Shown piece by piece: positions 13,261 through 27,107 of a stretch of 64,000 bases of DNA (position 1 is its first letter; every line of letters starts with the position of its first letter). Origin of the DNA: Vicugna vicugna (Eukaryota); contig MU058337.1 in the NCBI GenBank assembly GCA_013265495.1, positions 4,940,716-5,004,715 on the forward strand, read 5' to 3'. The translations under genes and the position numbers were made by a program. The notes under the pieces were generated by a model. That model ran no database searches, was not told where the DNA came from, and worked only from the letters and a program-made list of their open reading frames with translations.

Positions 13261-16200
13261 ATATAAGGGACGTATTTTTAAAAAAAAGCAAATAAATGTA
13301 AAACAGGAAGATGTTTCTTTTGCATCTTTGTGTTGACTATGAGTTGCCCATTTCCTTATCATTTTCTTTTCCCTGCTATGCAGACTCTTGATATCTTAAA
13401 CATTAGCCCTGACAGTATAAGTTCTATCACATAATTGGATAACTTTTCTTTGTCTCTGTCTCTTAACCTCTGACGTGCACACTGCCTCCCTGCACTTTGT
13501 GCATAAAGCTCTCATCCTGCGTCTTCTCCCCTGTTTCCAATATGCTCCATCAGAGGTGTGGCTCCGAGGACCCCTGTGTGGCTGGTGGTAATGAGAACTC
13601 TATGATCATTTACTGCTACATCCGACAGCTTTGAAAATGGGGATCAAGCCTGGATTTACAGCTTATGGTGTGAACGTCGTCAAATTCCTTCTTCGGTTAA
13701 GTCTCAAATGATAGCATTTCAATTTTAAAAGTAGCATAATGATAACTGATTTCTATGGTATTCTAAGGATCATGTCATGTAATGTTTACAAGACTCTTAG
13801 TGTCACACTGGACACTGCTTTGTAATGACCATACGATGGCTGCGTGTATCACTGTTACTATTACCACCGCCACAGCCATTTCATACTCAGGGCACAGCGC
13901 CGAACGTGAGGACTGTGGTCTCTGTGTGGGAAACGGAGCAGTGAGGAGAAAGAAGGATGTGTTCTGGTATTTCTAAGCAGGAGGGTGCTTTTCGGAAGTA
14001 GCTGCTATGAAATATTCCTCTGAGAGTCTCCCATCTGAATGCTGGGAGCCCATCTCGAGGGAGAACATCTGGAATCAGGTTATTTTCCACACAGCTGGGG
14101 AGAGGGCTGGGTGAGGGCATTATGAGGGTTCGGGCACCTGGAGCGTGTGACCCGAGGGGCTCTTGTGGAGGAAGAGGAACAGAAGAAAGGGTAGCTCCTT
14201 TCCCCACACAAACTACCCATATCACTGCATTATTGTTTCCAATTTCACCGAAGGTTTGAAGACTGGGGATTCTAATTTCAGTTCCTATGGAAGAAGCAGA
14301 GGAAACACACGACAGAAGAGAAGGACAGTTTAACCTCCACTCATCCTCTCCTAAGTGTCAGATGCAGTTCTCCCCAGTGTATTCCTGATCTCATTGGTGG
14401 TCTTGCCTTGATAGTTAGACATCATTCCACGTGTCTTCTTACAGACGAGAAAGCAGCTCTAAAAGGTTAGGCACTTCTCCAGCTCACCAGTCTGGAGAGA
14501 GTGACTGGCTCTGCCTTTGCCCCAAATCCAAGCTTTTTCCCCTCACCCCAAATCCCGTTCCATCCAGTCATTCCTGCAGATGTCTGAGCAGAGCACTCTG
14601 TGGACCCCTGGCTTGGGCAGTTTGCTGTCGTGGGCAGGCTCAGTCAGAGGGGCTATGTTCATGAACATCAGAAGGGTTCTCTGCCTGAGAAACCTTTTGT
14701 TCCAGCATGCAGGCTGTGTGGGAGGAGAGCACTGTCGTTACAACTCGTATTGTTATAACTTGTTTTCTGCTGTCCTCTCTGAGATCTGAGGGTCCTTTTA
14801 GTTCCAATTTTATTTAAAGCTTTGTCTTTCTGGGATGACCTTATGAACAATGGATCTGATTTTAATAGAGGGACTTAAATGAACAGCAGTCACCAAATGG
14901 CTGTTCCTGGCCCACGGTAGGACAACACAGATGTAAAGTTTTCACAAAGGAGTCCTGAGAAGTTGGCCTGGTCTCGTTTCACAAGATCAGCGCTTTCTCA
15001 GGTAAGCCCAGGATTTGCTTTTTGCAAATGGAACTTATTGGTATTCCACAGATGTAGGTGACGAGGTTGGACACAAGCCATCATTCAAGAATGCCCCAAA
15101 CCTCCTCCCAAGAAAGGCTCTGAAATCTGCCCGTCGGCGCGTCCGACCTTGGGTTCAGGCCTTGGCATAAGTCAAGATTTCTATCAGAGATTAACTGTAA
15201 CATTTTTCACTAGAGAGGAGCTATGTGTTTGTTTCCTTTTGCTTTAGATTGTCTAAATTGAGTTTTACAACTCAACAAAGATGATTTAGTAAAATACCCA
15301 AATCAAGGAAACAAAGACTGTTTTTAACCACAGGGAACGTAAGAGACATTTCAAAGACAGGGGATATCTAGGCAAGGCCATGATGTAGGGCAGGTGTAGA
15401 AGAGGAGGAGATAGTTTGGATTAAGTGGTGTCTAATAAATATGCTGTATGTTCCCAGATTCAGGTTTCCTTGGTGTATTGCACAGGTTAGGCTAAAGATT
15501 GAAACAGACAACGTGCATTACAGTTTCTAGGTCAAATAAGCATGTCGGAAAGCTCTATTCCCCTTCTTTTCTTTCTTTGATGAAACATCACCTTAACATT
15601 TTCTTTTTGATCAGTGGTTTGTTACCTAACATGGAAGTGAATGGGCTTCCTAAGAGTGGTTTGTAAACACGGTCGGTTGTGTCTTTTCTCTTTACTTCTG
15701 TATCCTGAGATCAAGTCTGGGGGCAGAAGATAATTCTGCAATTCCTTTAAGCTTTGGAAAACACATTACAGCAATGAGGCTGAGACACATCATTTACATC
15801 AGATTCAGTTTTTCAAATATGTTTGTACATGAAAAAGACACCAGCCACTCAGGAAGGTGGGAACTGCAACTCAGAGTTTTTTCATCTGTTTCTGCACTAA
15901 ATCAGTCGTCATAAGAGTTAAACTTTTTTATCTGATAATCCCCTTGAGGCTTGCCTACTCTTGTACATAAGTAAGTAGAAATATATCTTTTAAGACATAT
16001 TTTTTGTTGCTGTTTTTTCATCCGAAAGTAATCTCCAAAAGAAGACATGGCCTTTTAAAATTGTCTGCCTTTGAGTTGATTAGAGAGACACTAATATTTT
16101 TAGCTTCTATGAGCACATTTCAGAAAAATATTGATAAGCGTTTAAAGCTTTTTTCTATTAATGATCTTGTTACCTTCTCTCTCTTCATGAAGCAACAGAG

Positions 16201-16327
16201 TAAGCTTGCTTAAAATATTATTTTATTAATCCCCCCCGGAAATGTCAATAAGAATGATCTTAAATGACTAAAATCACAGCATTCACAAAATCTTCCATTA
16301 CTAGACCAAAACCAGCCTTTAAATTTC

Positions 16328-16330
<3 letters not shown>

Positions 16331-16373
<43 letters not shown>
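16331..16373. repeat. (AC)21 microsatellite
   Basis: Perfect AC run. Confidence 0.98.
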
Positions 16374-16375
<2 letters not shown>

Positions 16376-18571
16376 CTGCTAACATGCTTACATTCTCTAC
16401 AGCAAAGCTTAAAATTTTGGATTTGGAAATTTAGAAACACAACCAAATATATTTCTCAGGTTAAATTTTTACATGTTATATTACCCAGCTTTCACTGTGT
16501 GGAGAGTAATAGTTTGCAGTTGAGAGCATTCTCTAAAATGTCACAACATGAGATCACTTTTAAGTTAAGGGAAAAAAACAGACAAAACATGCTTACTCTC
16601 TCCCAACTGTCCAATGTGCCCGCTGCTCGCCTTGAGTCTCATGTCCGCCCAGAGCTGCCCGCAGACTGCTATCAGCTTTGTCCACCAGCATCCCTGCACC
16701 TTCCCAACCCATCCCGTCAGTCCCAATGCCTTCAGAAACTACTTCTCCCATAGTGACATCCCCCTGACCTGGGAATCCCAGGTTCCATGCCATCACCCAT
16801 GTCCTGGCCATCTCTGATTTGGTTCACACCTTCCCTTCTCTCTGAAGCCTTCCGTTAACCACATGGATTAGAGGGACAGCCCTCAGTATGTGTGTCTCCA
16901 CCACACATTTTCCAGCCAGTTATCCAGGAGGGCAATTTTCTTTGGGCAGTAGCAGTTATAAATGAATATTAAGTCTTCTATTATTGTTGATCTGTTTTCT
17001 ATTTAATCTACCTTGAAGTCCACATAAAACTGTAAATTCTTTAAGGAAGAAAACTTCTTACATTTTCTTGTAGACTTGGGTTCTCACATTGTCTTCCATG
17101 CAGAGTTGGCATTAAATGAAGAATTTTTCATGCGTTTCCATACCTGTGTGCTGATGGACCAAACCAGGTTTTCAAAGCTGGTAAAAAAGTTGGAATTTCT
17201 ATTCGGTACGAAATGACATTACAAAAGAAAAAGAAGAGCAGGCAGGGGCCTGCACGTACTTAAGAGGTGTTTCTGAGTGTGGTGTTCTCAGGCTCAGCTT
17301 TTCATTTTGTTTGTGCTGTTCTTTGTCACTTGAAACCTGGCTCACTTAGGCGTGACTGCAGACCATCCAGATCTTGTCCTCTTTGGTGGTTGCAGGCACT
17401 TGACCTCTCTGCTTTTTCTCCAGGACACTGATATTTTCAGGGGCCTGTACCAGATCAGTTCCAGGTCAGAAAGTCTCTTGGGTGAAGAGGAACTTTATGC
17501 CCTGAAGAGAGCAGGAGGGTGGATGTGAGAATAGAGAACCCGTGGGGGTGAGGAAGTTGTCCTTCTCTGTGCCACTTGTAAAGGAGGGTGTCAAAATGTG
17601 CTCTCTGAGACGTGCCTTTCCCAGCATTTTCTTTTACTTTTTTTTTTTTAAGAAATTAAAAGTATGGATCTGATGCCAAAGCCGCAAACCACAAATCCAA
17701 TTTAAGCAAAGGAAATCAAGACTTAAGGCTTAAGTGTGCATTTGGAAGAGGTGGGGGAGGGCGGAAGGAGGCTCTGATTCTCAACCCGCTCCCCCACTTC
17801 CCTTCCTTCTGCCCACTCTGCGCCCCGAAAACACGTCCAAATGGGGAGATTGCTTATTAAATTAGCACACTATGACTCTGTAACTATATTTGTCAAAGAG
17901 CTAAAGTAGAACTTAAAGAAAATTGAAATGCAAAAAAAAAAAAGAAAATTGAATACATAATCCAGTGAAAATTTTCTCCCATCCTTGAGCAGATCAAGCT
18001 CCCCTTAAATATGCTGTCTCGTGTACAGCTCCACACCCCCCGGTTTGCTTTGTGAGGGATGAAAACATTCTCAATCCTTCAACTCCAGAGATGTGCACTG
18101 TCTACCCTTTGCTCTAATACAAAGGTTTTTCTGTTTTTCTTTAACAGCTTAGTAAGAAATCATTTCCTTTCTCCTTACGAGCCCCCACAAGCGCCCGCCC
18201 CCTCCTCTCTTGTGGATCTGCCCAGCCCAGCCCCCGGGGGAGAGGAAAAGGCGGCGTTTACCTTACTCCCTGGGGGGGAGAGGAGGGCAGTGGTCCCAAA
18301 CCAATCCTTGCAAATGGTTCTGGACTCCGCTTTTTTAAATAAGTTTGTTTTTTTTTCTCATATTTGTTGTGTACCTTCAGATAAACGACTTTTTAAAACA
18401 AGCTTGAAATCAGAGCATGGACAGCAGCACCCTTGTCCCAGTTCCCTTAACAGGGAACCATCCAGCTTCTTCCTGACACTTGCAGAGCCGGGAGCCCACT
18501 GCTCTGTGGGAGAGTCTGGACAGCTGAGAGTGCTGGCGAGTCCTCTGTCCTTGCCGATTCGATTCTCTGTA

Positions 18572-18665
18572 TGTTAATCATGTATTTACTGAGTGCCCAC
18601 TGCATGACAGGCCCTGTTCTAGGCACCTGGAATATAGTGGTGACCAAAGAGATGACAATCACAAC
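18572..18665 (-). mobile_element. L2 3'-end fragment
   Basis: atcatgtatttactgagtgcccactgcatgacaggccctgttctaggcacctggaatatagtggtgaccaa matches the antisense L2 tail. Confidence 0.75.
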
Positions 18666-18939
18666 CTTTATTTAAGGGCATTCAGTCTTGGCTCCACTCT
18701 ACTTCTTTGTCCTATTTCCATCTTCCAAAGCAAATAATTCCACTTTAGTATTTGTGGCAAATATTGGGAAACAACTGAGTTTCACCTTTTTCAGATTAAA
18801 CCTTCTCTACTCCAGTTTTGCCAGGGCTCCTGTGTCATCCACTGTCCTCTAATCCATCAGTGTCCCCTCACTGTGTACTTTGAATGAGTCATTGTGACCT
18901 CTATGTGGTCTGAATACACCTTGGTTCTCAGCCAGAGCT

Positions 18940-19190
18940 GCGCTCAGTGGTGCAGGGACAGGCTGGGAGGCCAGACTCCAGTGGTTCCAACACCAGCTCC
19001 ATCATTTCCTTATTGTGTTATCTTGGCCAAGTCACATACCACTCTGTGCCTCAGTTTCCTCATGTGTAAAGTGGCCATAACAACACCACCCACGTGAGAT
19101 TCACGGGGCTAATACAGATAAAGCACTTAGAGTAGTTCTTGGCCCAAAGCATATGCTCAGGAATTGACAGTTCTTATTCTCACTATCATT
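18940..19190 (+). mobile_element. MIR SINE, near full length
   Basis: Core tgtgttatcttggccaagtcac...ctctgtgcctcagtttcctcatgtgtaaagtgg and 3' part taaagcacttagagtagttcttggc. Confidence 0.88.
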
Positions 19191-20699
19191 ATAACCGGCG
19201 TTGGATGTTACCTTTCTTTTCACGCAGCCTCATTATTTCAGGACCCACGTCATACACTGGCTTACTGATGCTGGGAATAATTGACAGTAATCTGCTTTGC
19301 CTATAAATTCCTCTCAGCTCCTAGGAAAGAGTCTGGACCATAGTTGATGTTCAGAAAATGCCTGCAAAGTGAGCACGTTGAATATCTTGGCTTTTGGAAG
19401 TACCCTTAAACACAGTATGGGAAGAATTTCTTCTCTTATTTTCCAATGTGAAATGATAGATTCCTGTAGCTATATTCTCGAATTTTAGTGGTTGATGTGC
19501 TATTAAGGATTCTTTGTAAAAATTGTTATGAACTGCCATTTGTTTTAAACCTTAATTAAAATAGTGGAGAGGCACCATTTCTTGTGATAAAACATGCAGA
19601 AGTTTTGGGTTTTCTATGTATGTATATACATATATACCTGGTCACAACTGAACTCTAAATTCAAGACCAAATTCTGCATCACCCTTCGTGGAACCTCCAC
19701 CTTGATCTCCAGGAGGTTGTGTGTGTGTTTTAACTTATTTTCATAACCACTGGCTTCAGTGTTTTTCCTCTCTAGTCAAAAGTAACGAGGTTGACTTATG
19801 ATGAATGAGTATCTCTGAATGCCTTCTCCTTCCTGCTTCTTACCCTGCTGCTCTGGAGTTTTTGGAAGGAGTGACATTGTCAACAAAAGGGTTTTTATGT
19901 CTAGCATCTCCTCCTAGAAGCAACTGGAGACAAAAGTCTGAGACAGAAACTTTAGAAGGAAGCAGACCTCAGATATTTGCGTCTTTCTTGAATGGAAGTC
20001 AACTTGAAGCATTCGCCAGTACCCTTTTCAACAATTCATACAGGCCAACTCTACCCATTGACTGGGTGGAGATCTCCCTGTTGTCCTAGACGTGAACAGG
20101 CAAAACGGTTGTTTAATAACCCCTCTGAAATACTATCCATATGTATGAGCCTCAGCGCTGGAGAATGTACTGATCATTTTGTTACCTGCGGTTATTTATA
20201 TCTTTTTTTAATTTACCCACTGTCCTGATTATTTTCTTGGCATAATACATTTAGAGAAATGCTTCCTGGCTCTAAAGCAAATGTGTGCTAAAAAAAAAAA
20301 AAGGAAAAACATCATTTTTTGAATGCAAAATTCCCAGTTTACTGCTCTACATCTTCTCTTAAGAAAGCTAATAAAACTACACATCGGCTGTAATTCCTGT
20401 CTTCATGGTTAATGCAACAGGGATGAATTCTGATTACAATACAACTTTCACTGAGAGGCTGAAGTTTATTAAACAATAGTGCACTTTAATTCCAACAGAT
20501 GCCCTTGAGTCTTTAATATCATAGTTTTTGTTATGCTAATCCTCAACTTCTGGTAATGTAATGACAGCTGGAGAGCGAATTAATATAGCCTGCTATAGCT
20601 CTGACTGGCTGTGAAAAGTCTTTGAAAGAGTCAAATAGTAGTTTTTCAGATTCCTTACATTTAGGGAATTTCATTTCCAGTTTCTGGAAGAGGTGAATC

Positions 20700-22625
20700 A
20701 TACTTTGTAGTGAGCTAACTGAGAATGTTAAATTTAACATATAATACCCTAAGCCTTAGACTTTTTTTCTATGTCCTTACTGATTTTCTATCAATTTGTT
20801 ACATAAGTTTTTGAGAATAGAGGTTTTTCTGTTTCTCCCTCAAATTCCATTGGTTTTTGCTTCAGATATTTGAACCTCTGACTGTAGATGCATAAATATC
20901 CAGGATCATTATTTAGTATTAGTAAATTGACTTACTTATCTTTACAAAATGATCCCTCCCTATATATTGTAAGATTCTTTGCCCTGGAATCTGTTTTGTC
21001 CTTTATTAATATTGTTTGATTATTGCTAGCATGATACATTATGTTCTATCCTTTTACTTTCATTTTGAATAGTTCTGCCAAGGTGTAATAGTCATAAAAT
21101 AGTCTGTATGTATTTAGAGTGTACAATTTTACAAGTTTTAGCATATGCAGCCGTCATCACACTCAAGATTTTCAATATGCCCCTCACCCCTAAAGTCTCC
21201 TTATGCTCCTTTGTACTCCTGACCGTCTGCCCCTCCCCGTCCCTTCACTGCTCTCCAAACAGTCACAGATCTTGGGGGGGAAAAAGATGATCTCTGTTAC
21301 TGGTTTTAAGTACTTTCAATAGAGTGTGTCGCGGTGTAGTTTTCGTCATGTTTGCTGTCTTTGGCGTTTGTTCAACTGTTTGGATCTTTGGTTTCATCGT
21401 TTTCAGCAGTTTGGAAATTTTCCTTCCATTGTTTTTTTGAATATTTTTTCTTTCTTGCTACTCTGTTCTGGAGTCTCCAGTTAGACATATGTCCAGTTTC
21501 TTAAAGTCATCCCACAGTCCTCTTCGGCTCTGTTAATTTTCTTTTCAGAGTTCTCTTTTCTCTGTGGATTTCATCTGGAGTCATTTCGATTACTGTGTCT
21601 TCAAGTTCACAACTCTTTTTCTGCAGTTAATCTAATCTGCCATTAATCTCACTCCATGTATTTTTTTCTTTAAATTTCATAAACTGTCGTTTTCACCTGT
21701 AGAAGTTTGTTTTGGGCTGTCTTTATATTGTCTATGTCTGTACTTCAGTTTTTGAATGTATGGAATGTATATAGTTGTAATGGCTGTTTGCATATCCTTG
21801 TTTGATATTTTAACATCTGAGGAAGCTCTGGGTCAGTTTTGATTATTGATCCTTTCCCTTTTTATAGGTCCTATCTCCCTGCTTCTTTGATGCCTGGTAA
21901 TTTTCTTATTGGATTCCAAATGTTTTGAGTTTTACCTCCTTGGCTGCTAGATATTTTTTGCATTCCTATAAAGTACTTGAGCTTATTCTGGGTTGTGGTT
22001 AAGTTACGTAGAAACAGTATGCTCTTGCTTTCAGAATTTGTGGGTAAGACTGGAGCATAGCTCAAACTAATCTCTCCCCTCTCCTTACTGAGGCAAGACC
22101 CTTGTTTATATTCTGCTCAGTGCCCCATGAATGATGACTTTTTCCAGTCTGACGACTGGGACTAAGCTCTGTTTCCAAGTCCTGTGAGTCTTTGAAGAGC
22201 TGCGACCTCTGCGCCTCTTGGGTGATTTTCCCCAATCTTGAGTGGTCTCCTCATCACAATTGTTCATTAGCACTCAGCTGAATACTTGAGGAGACCCTCT
22301 GCGGATCTTGGAAGTTCTCTATCTCTGTCGCTCTCTCCTCTCCAGTACCCTGTACACTGACAGCCTTGGTCTCCCTGGACTCAGCTCCATCTCAGTTTAG
22401 AGAACCAGCTGGGCTCCCCTTCCTTCATCGTGTCCTGGCTTATCTCCTAAGGCTTTAAAGTCAGGTGATAGTAGAGCTCACCTCATTTCTTTCCCATCTC
22501 CCAGAGACCTCTGTCCTTCGTTTCGTGATGTCCAGTGTCTTGCAGAATTCAATTTGTCAATTTTTTGTTTCACATGACAGAGTGCTTCTGGTCCTTGTTA
22601 CTCTATCTTGGTCAGGAGTAGAAGT
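20700..22625 (-). mobile_element. Composite ancient L1M fragments
   Basis: T-rich antisense L1-like sequence. About 21065-21270 resembles an L1MB/MC 3' end. About 21300-22620 resembles an L1M 5'/ORF1 region (tactgaggcaagacccttg...cagtgccccatgaat; actcagctgaatacttgaggagaccctctgc). Confidence 0.7.
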
Positions 22626-25600
22626 CACTTAGACGTTTAGATGATGTCTGCATAGTCATGAAGCTCATTCAGATTTGGGGGGTATGGTTCATATTGCATT
22701 CACATTTTTTTCCAGTCGTATTTCCAGCATTGAAATTCGCTCATTATGGTATTTGACCGCAAAATATCAGCAAATGTTAATAATACTCTTGGGCCTTTGT
22801 TCCTTAAGTCATTCAGTTACGTTTGATTAGCCTCAAACTTTATGAAGAACATGGTGAGAGGCATGATTAATATTTATAATGTGCAATTATATTTTGTGTT
22901 ATAATAAATATAAAGTGGCTTTTGTGTTAAGCAGCCAGAAGTGAAAAGACGCTCTATTAAAATTAAGGGATGTGATTTTGGCCACATATATGGCAAAGTA
23001 AAAACTTTTTCTTCACTCTATGCCATTTGGGGGGTGTGTGCGTGTGTGTGTGCATGTGTGTCTTTATTGTGACAAAGTATCTTAAGTTAAAGATAGAACT
23101 CGTGAATGTTTCAAGATGGTACAGTTTGCTTCCAGAATCAGTGACTCCAAAGGAGGTCTGCAGCCCTTTTTGCCACAGCGGCTTTCTTAATTAAAAAAGG
23201 AAATAGAAAGAAGGCTGTTACTAAATATTTAGAGACTGGCTGAATAAGCAGCGAATAGTCTGGTAATTTAACATATTTAGTACATATTACTAAATATATC
23301 TATTTAACATATTTAGTATATATTACTACAACTGTATTGCTAAGATTTTGAACAGTATTGAAATGGGGTGCTTTTCTGACTGAGCTTCAAAGATTTGCTT
23401 CTTTCTGGAGCTTATAGACCCTAAATATTTGAAAAGCTAGTGAGAGTTCAGTGCTGCACCAGGAACCCCGCGATACCTAGATCTGCTCAGGGTCTGTCTG
23501 CTTCTTGGAGCTTAGGGTCAAATATTAAGCAGGATAATCTTCACTGCCTGCCTTCCTTTTAGTGATCTTCTCAAACATTTCCCCAAGGAAAGGCTTTACC
23601 CACTATTGTTTTATTAATGTATTTTACCTAGAGGAAATTTACTGGCCAAAATCAACTTTGGAAAAAAATTTTAAAGTTTGGGGTGTTTCCATTTCAAAAC
23701 CCACATTTATCTTTATCTCAAATATTCTCCACTCTCCTAATTCTTAAATAATATTAAAAGCTGCATTTTGCCTTAAATTCCATTTAGAGCTTATATATAG
23801 ATTAAAAAAAACAGAAAATGAATTCAGTTCAATCAATATTTGTTGAGTTACTATTCTGTGCATAGTGATATACGATTTTGAATAATATATAATGCAAATT
23901 ATCAAAAGATTTATAATGTATTTTCAGGGCAGGTAGACATGTAAACCCAATAATTTAACATATGATCAATTTGTATAAAAACATATTACGGGTTCTCCCT
24001 TCCTCCCCTCAAAAGATGGCAAGCTCTTTGAGAGCAAGAACTGTATTTTTATGCAAGATTGTATCCCTAATACCTACAGGCAAAGGGTTCTTATAGGTAG
24101 AGGGGGAGAAGCTATTCTAGGCTCTAGAATCAGCAGTTAAAATTCAACACACATGAGAATGCACTGGTTTGGGGTGGTGGGTTGAGCAACAACTCTGAAA
24201 CGGCTGAAACGGGATTCTTAGAGTGATGGGCTCCTGAGGCAGCATGTGGTCAGTTCCAGGAGGAAACTGATTGTCGTCCTCAGGAACTAATGGAAAGGCA
24301 TAGCAGGTTTTTCACACTTTTAGTCTTATTTATCATTTTCCTCAGTGCCCTTGCCTCACCCCCTTTTTTTTTTAACCCTTTGGAAGAGTTCCTGAGCATG
24401 GTTTATTTTTATGATTGGATTATACAGTAATTTATGGCTTTGAGTAAATTATTCACAATACTATTTTCAGCTACTAGGAGTGCCAGAATCTAATTAGATC
24501 TGCCACAAAAATGTATATTCCAAAAGCTGCTTTTTTACCCTGTTTAAAAAAACATATGCTTTTCCATAGCTAACAGAGGAGTGACATTTAAGAACCTACT
24601 CTGATAATTAGTACCTAGATTTTTGTGTAAATAAACATAGTATGTGTGTATGTACATTGATATATTTGCCGTATAAAAATCCACACTATATTGTACATTT
24701 TTAATTTAAATAATAATTTTAAATGTATACATTATTCCAAGCATCATCCTGATTTCTCTTTTGTCACCCTGAACATTTTGTGAAAATAATTTGTGACAGT
24801 GATTGATTTAAATGAATCCACTTCTGAGAAAGTGATTGTTTTAATTTAAAATCTTGGGTATTTTTTTTCCCTTTACCTGAAGGCAGTTGGACTGATTTGC
24901 ATTTCTTTCAGTTCTAAGAGTTGAAGCTAATATATTACGAAATATCTTTTTTTCCTTGATATACATGCATATTAGCTTTCATAATTTCTATTTTAATTAA
25001 TATCAGAGAGCATAGTTAGTCTAGAGTTTCATGCAAGGAGTATGCTCAGAATATTTTTAGTAAAATGTGCAGGCACAATAAGTATAAAAGACAAAACAAA
25101 AGGAAAAGGATAATTAAGACAGGCTAAGTTTTCATATTTTCTTAAGCAGAGTCGATATTCTGAATGCAAAAGTATTTTAGAAGAGAATAAAGAAGTAGCA
25201 GTTTCATGGATTGAAAAATATTTTGCATTTTTCACATGGCTAGCTACAATATAGGTGCAGGACTTCGGATATTTATTCATCCTTCGGTTATTAATTGAAA
25301 GTTGAAGTTGTAGGAGTTTGAAGTATATCAGTATTGAAAACAAAATCTTGTTCTTGTAGTACTTTTTCCCCAAACCTTCTTATCCCATCAGTTTAATGAA
25401 AAAGTGAACATGCGCCTCAGTATAAGTTTGTTTCACACAAGCAGTATTTTCATTCTTTTATATCCCAAGGCATAATAGTCATTTAGGGTGAGGTTCTGTT
25501 TTTATTGTAGTAGAAGTATTTCAGATTGTCTTCTAAACATTTTCAAACTCCTAGCTGACTTCATGTTAGATCTGAATAGGTCATGATTTTTTATTCCTTA

Positions 25601-26779
25601 TTTGCCCGCTTATTTTTAACCACATAATCCATGTGGAAGGTATGTCATCTTTGCTATTTTCTTGATTTTTACTTTTGTGTATTTGTTTGTTTGTTTGTTT
25701 TATCACCTTTGATCCATACTACCTCTGGGATTCCACCCCCTCCCCCAACTATCCTAGCTTTAGTTAAACTAGATAATATAACTCATAAGCACTTCACCAG
25801 GAGTGCACACGCTTCAGCCTATCGCAAAGCACTCATTGGGAGCAGTGACTGAGAGCCAGTGTCCTGTGTCAGCCCCTCACATTATAATTATAAGATGCCC
25901 ACCTGCCTCAGGTACTTCAAGGACCTTATGTGACTTGTGAGTCTGAAGACATCGATATCAATTCATGTTAAATATTAGCGAAGCTTAAGTTCTTTTTTGT
26001 TTTTGGAGATAATTGAAAAAACAGGAAGTTGTAATACTGGGTCTTCACACCCTGTGGTGCACTGTTTGGCAGTCCTCTTGGGGGAGAGGCCCCCACTTTG
26101 GATACTGTTGCTTTAAATAGCTGTGCAGTCTGGGTCCTGTTCATTCTGGCAGTCATGTGACATTTTCTGGGTCCATTTTTGTCAACTTTTCTTTCACAGA
26201 CTCATGCAGCAATACATGTAAATGATCTGTCCAGCACATATTGGACTGAAATTGAGCTTTTTACTTGAAGTAGAGTGAAAAAAATTAAGGGTTATAGCCT
26301 TCTATTCACAGTAGATCTAGAAGATTGGACATGCCTTTGACTGACTGCACATAACTGATGTTTTTTTCCTCAGTAAAATCGTTATTTTGTTTTGAATTTG
26401 CTGTGATTATTTGCTTGCATACTTTTGGCTGGGGGGGAGGTTTTTTTCCTTTTGTTTTAATTATTTGAAAGAGTGACTTTAAGCTCTAAATGGCCACGTT
26501 GCACAATGGCCAATTGTATAAATAAGGATCACAGTAAAGATTTTATAGACATGTGGTTCTGCACAAAGAGAAAATATTAGGTGGGATTCTTGAAAATTTG
26601 GTGCAACCAGTTAATCTACAATAGTAATATATTCAGTTTATTTGAATATATGTATGCAGTATAATTTGCCAATATGTTTGAAATGCCATTTTTACTAATT
26701 CTTTCTCAAAGGCATTAATAGATTTATTAAAATTTCTGCATTTGCATCATAAAATTACTATGCCATCATTATAGGTAAT

Positions 26780-27100
26780 TTTGCAAGTAATAAAATATTG
26801 AAAAATAAATATTCTGATAGCATCAAAATACAGTTATATTTAACATTTTGGTGTGCTGTCTCTCATTTTCCCTATGTCAGTATTTTTTGCATAGTCATGC
26901 TTGTGTTATATACACATATGTTGTTACAGAAAACTTTATACCACTAAGGATTTATTTTTAATTAGGAGTCCAGAAAGTGCAATTACCTGGTCAAAAGTTG
27001 TGGATATTTTTAAGACTTTACTATGATTGCCATCTTGGTTTTCACGTTGTCCTAGTTTTCGCTCTGACCAGCAACATGAAATGACTGGAAAAACTACACC
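26780..27100 (-). mobile_element. Degenerate L1ME-like fragment
   Basis: cagaaagtgcaattacctggtcaaaagttgtggatatttttaag...gaccagcaacatgaaatg resembles the antisense L1 ORF2/3' region. Confidence 0.5.
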
Positions 27101-27107
27101 TTTGTCA

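Noticed and set aside
18059..18577. Longest ORF in the track (172 aa, ATG start)
   Set aside because: No recognisable domain, crosses poly-T runs and ends at an L2 fragment; this length can arise by chance in 64 kb.
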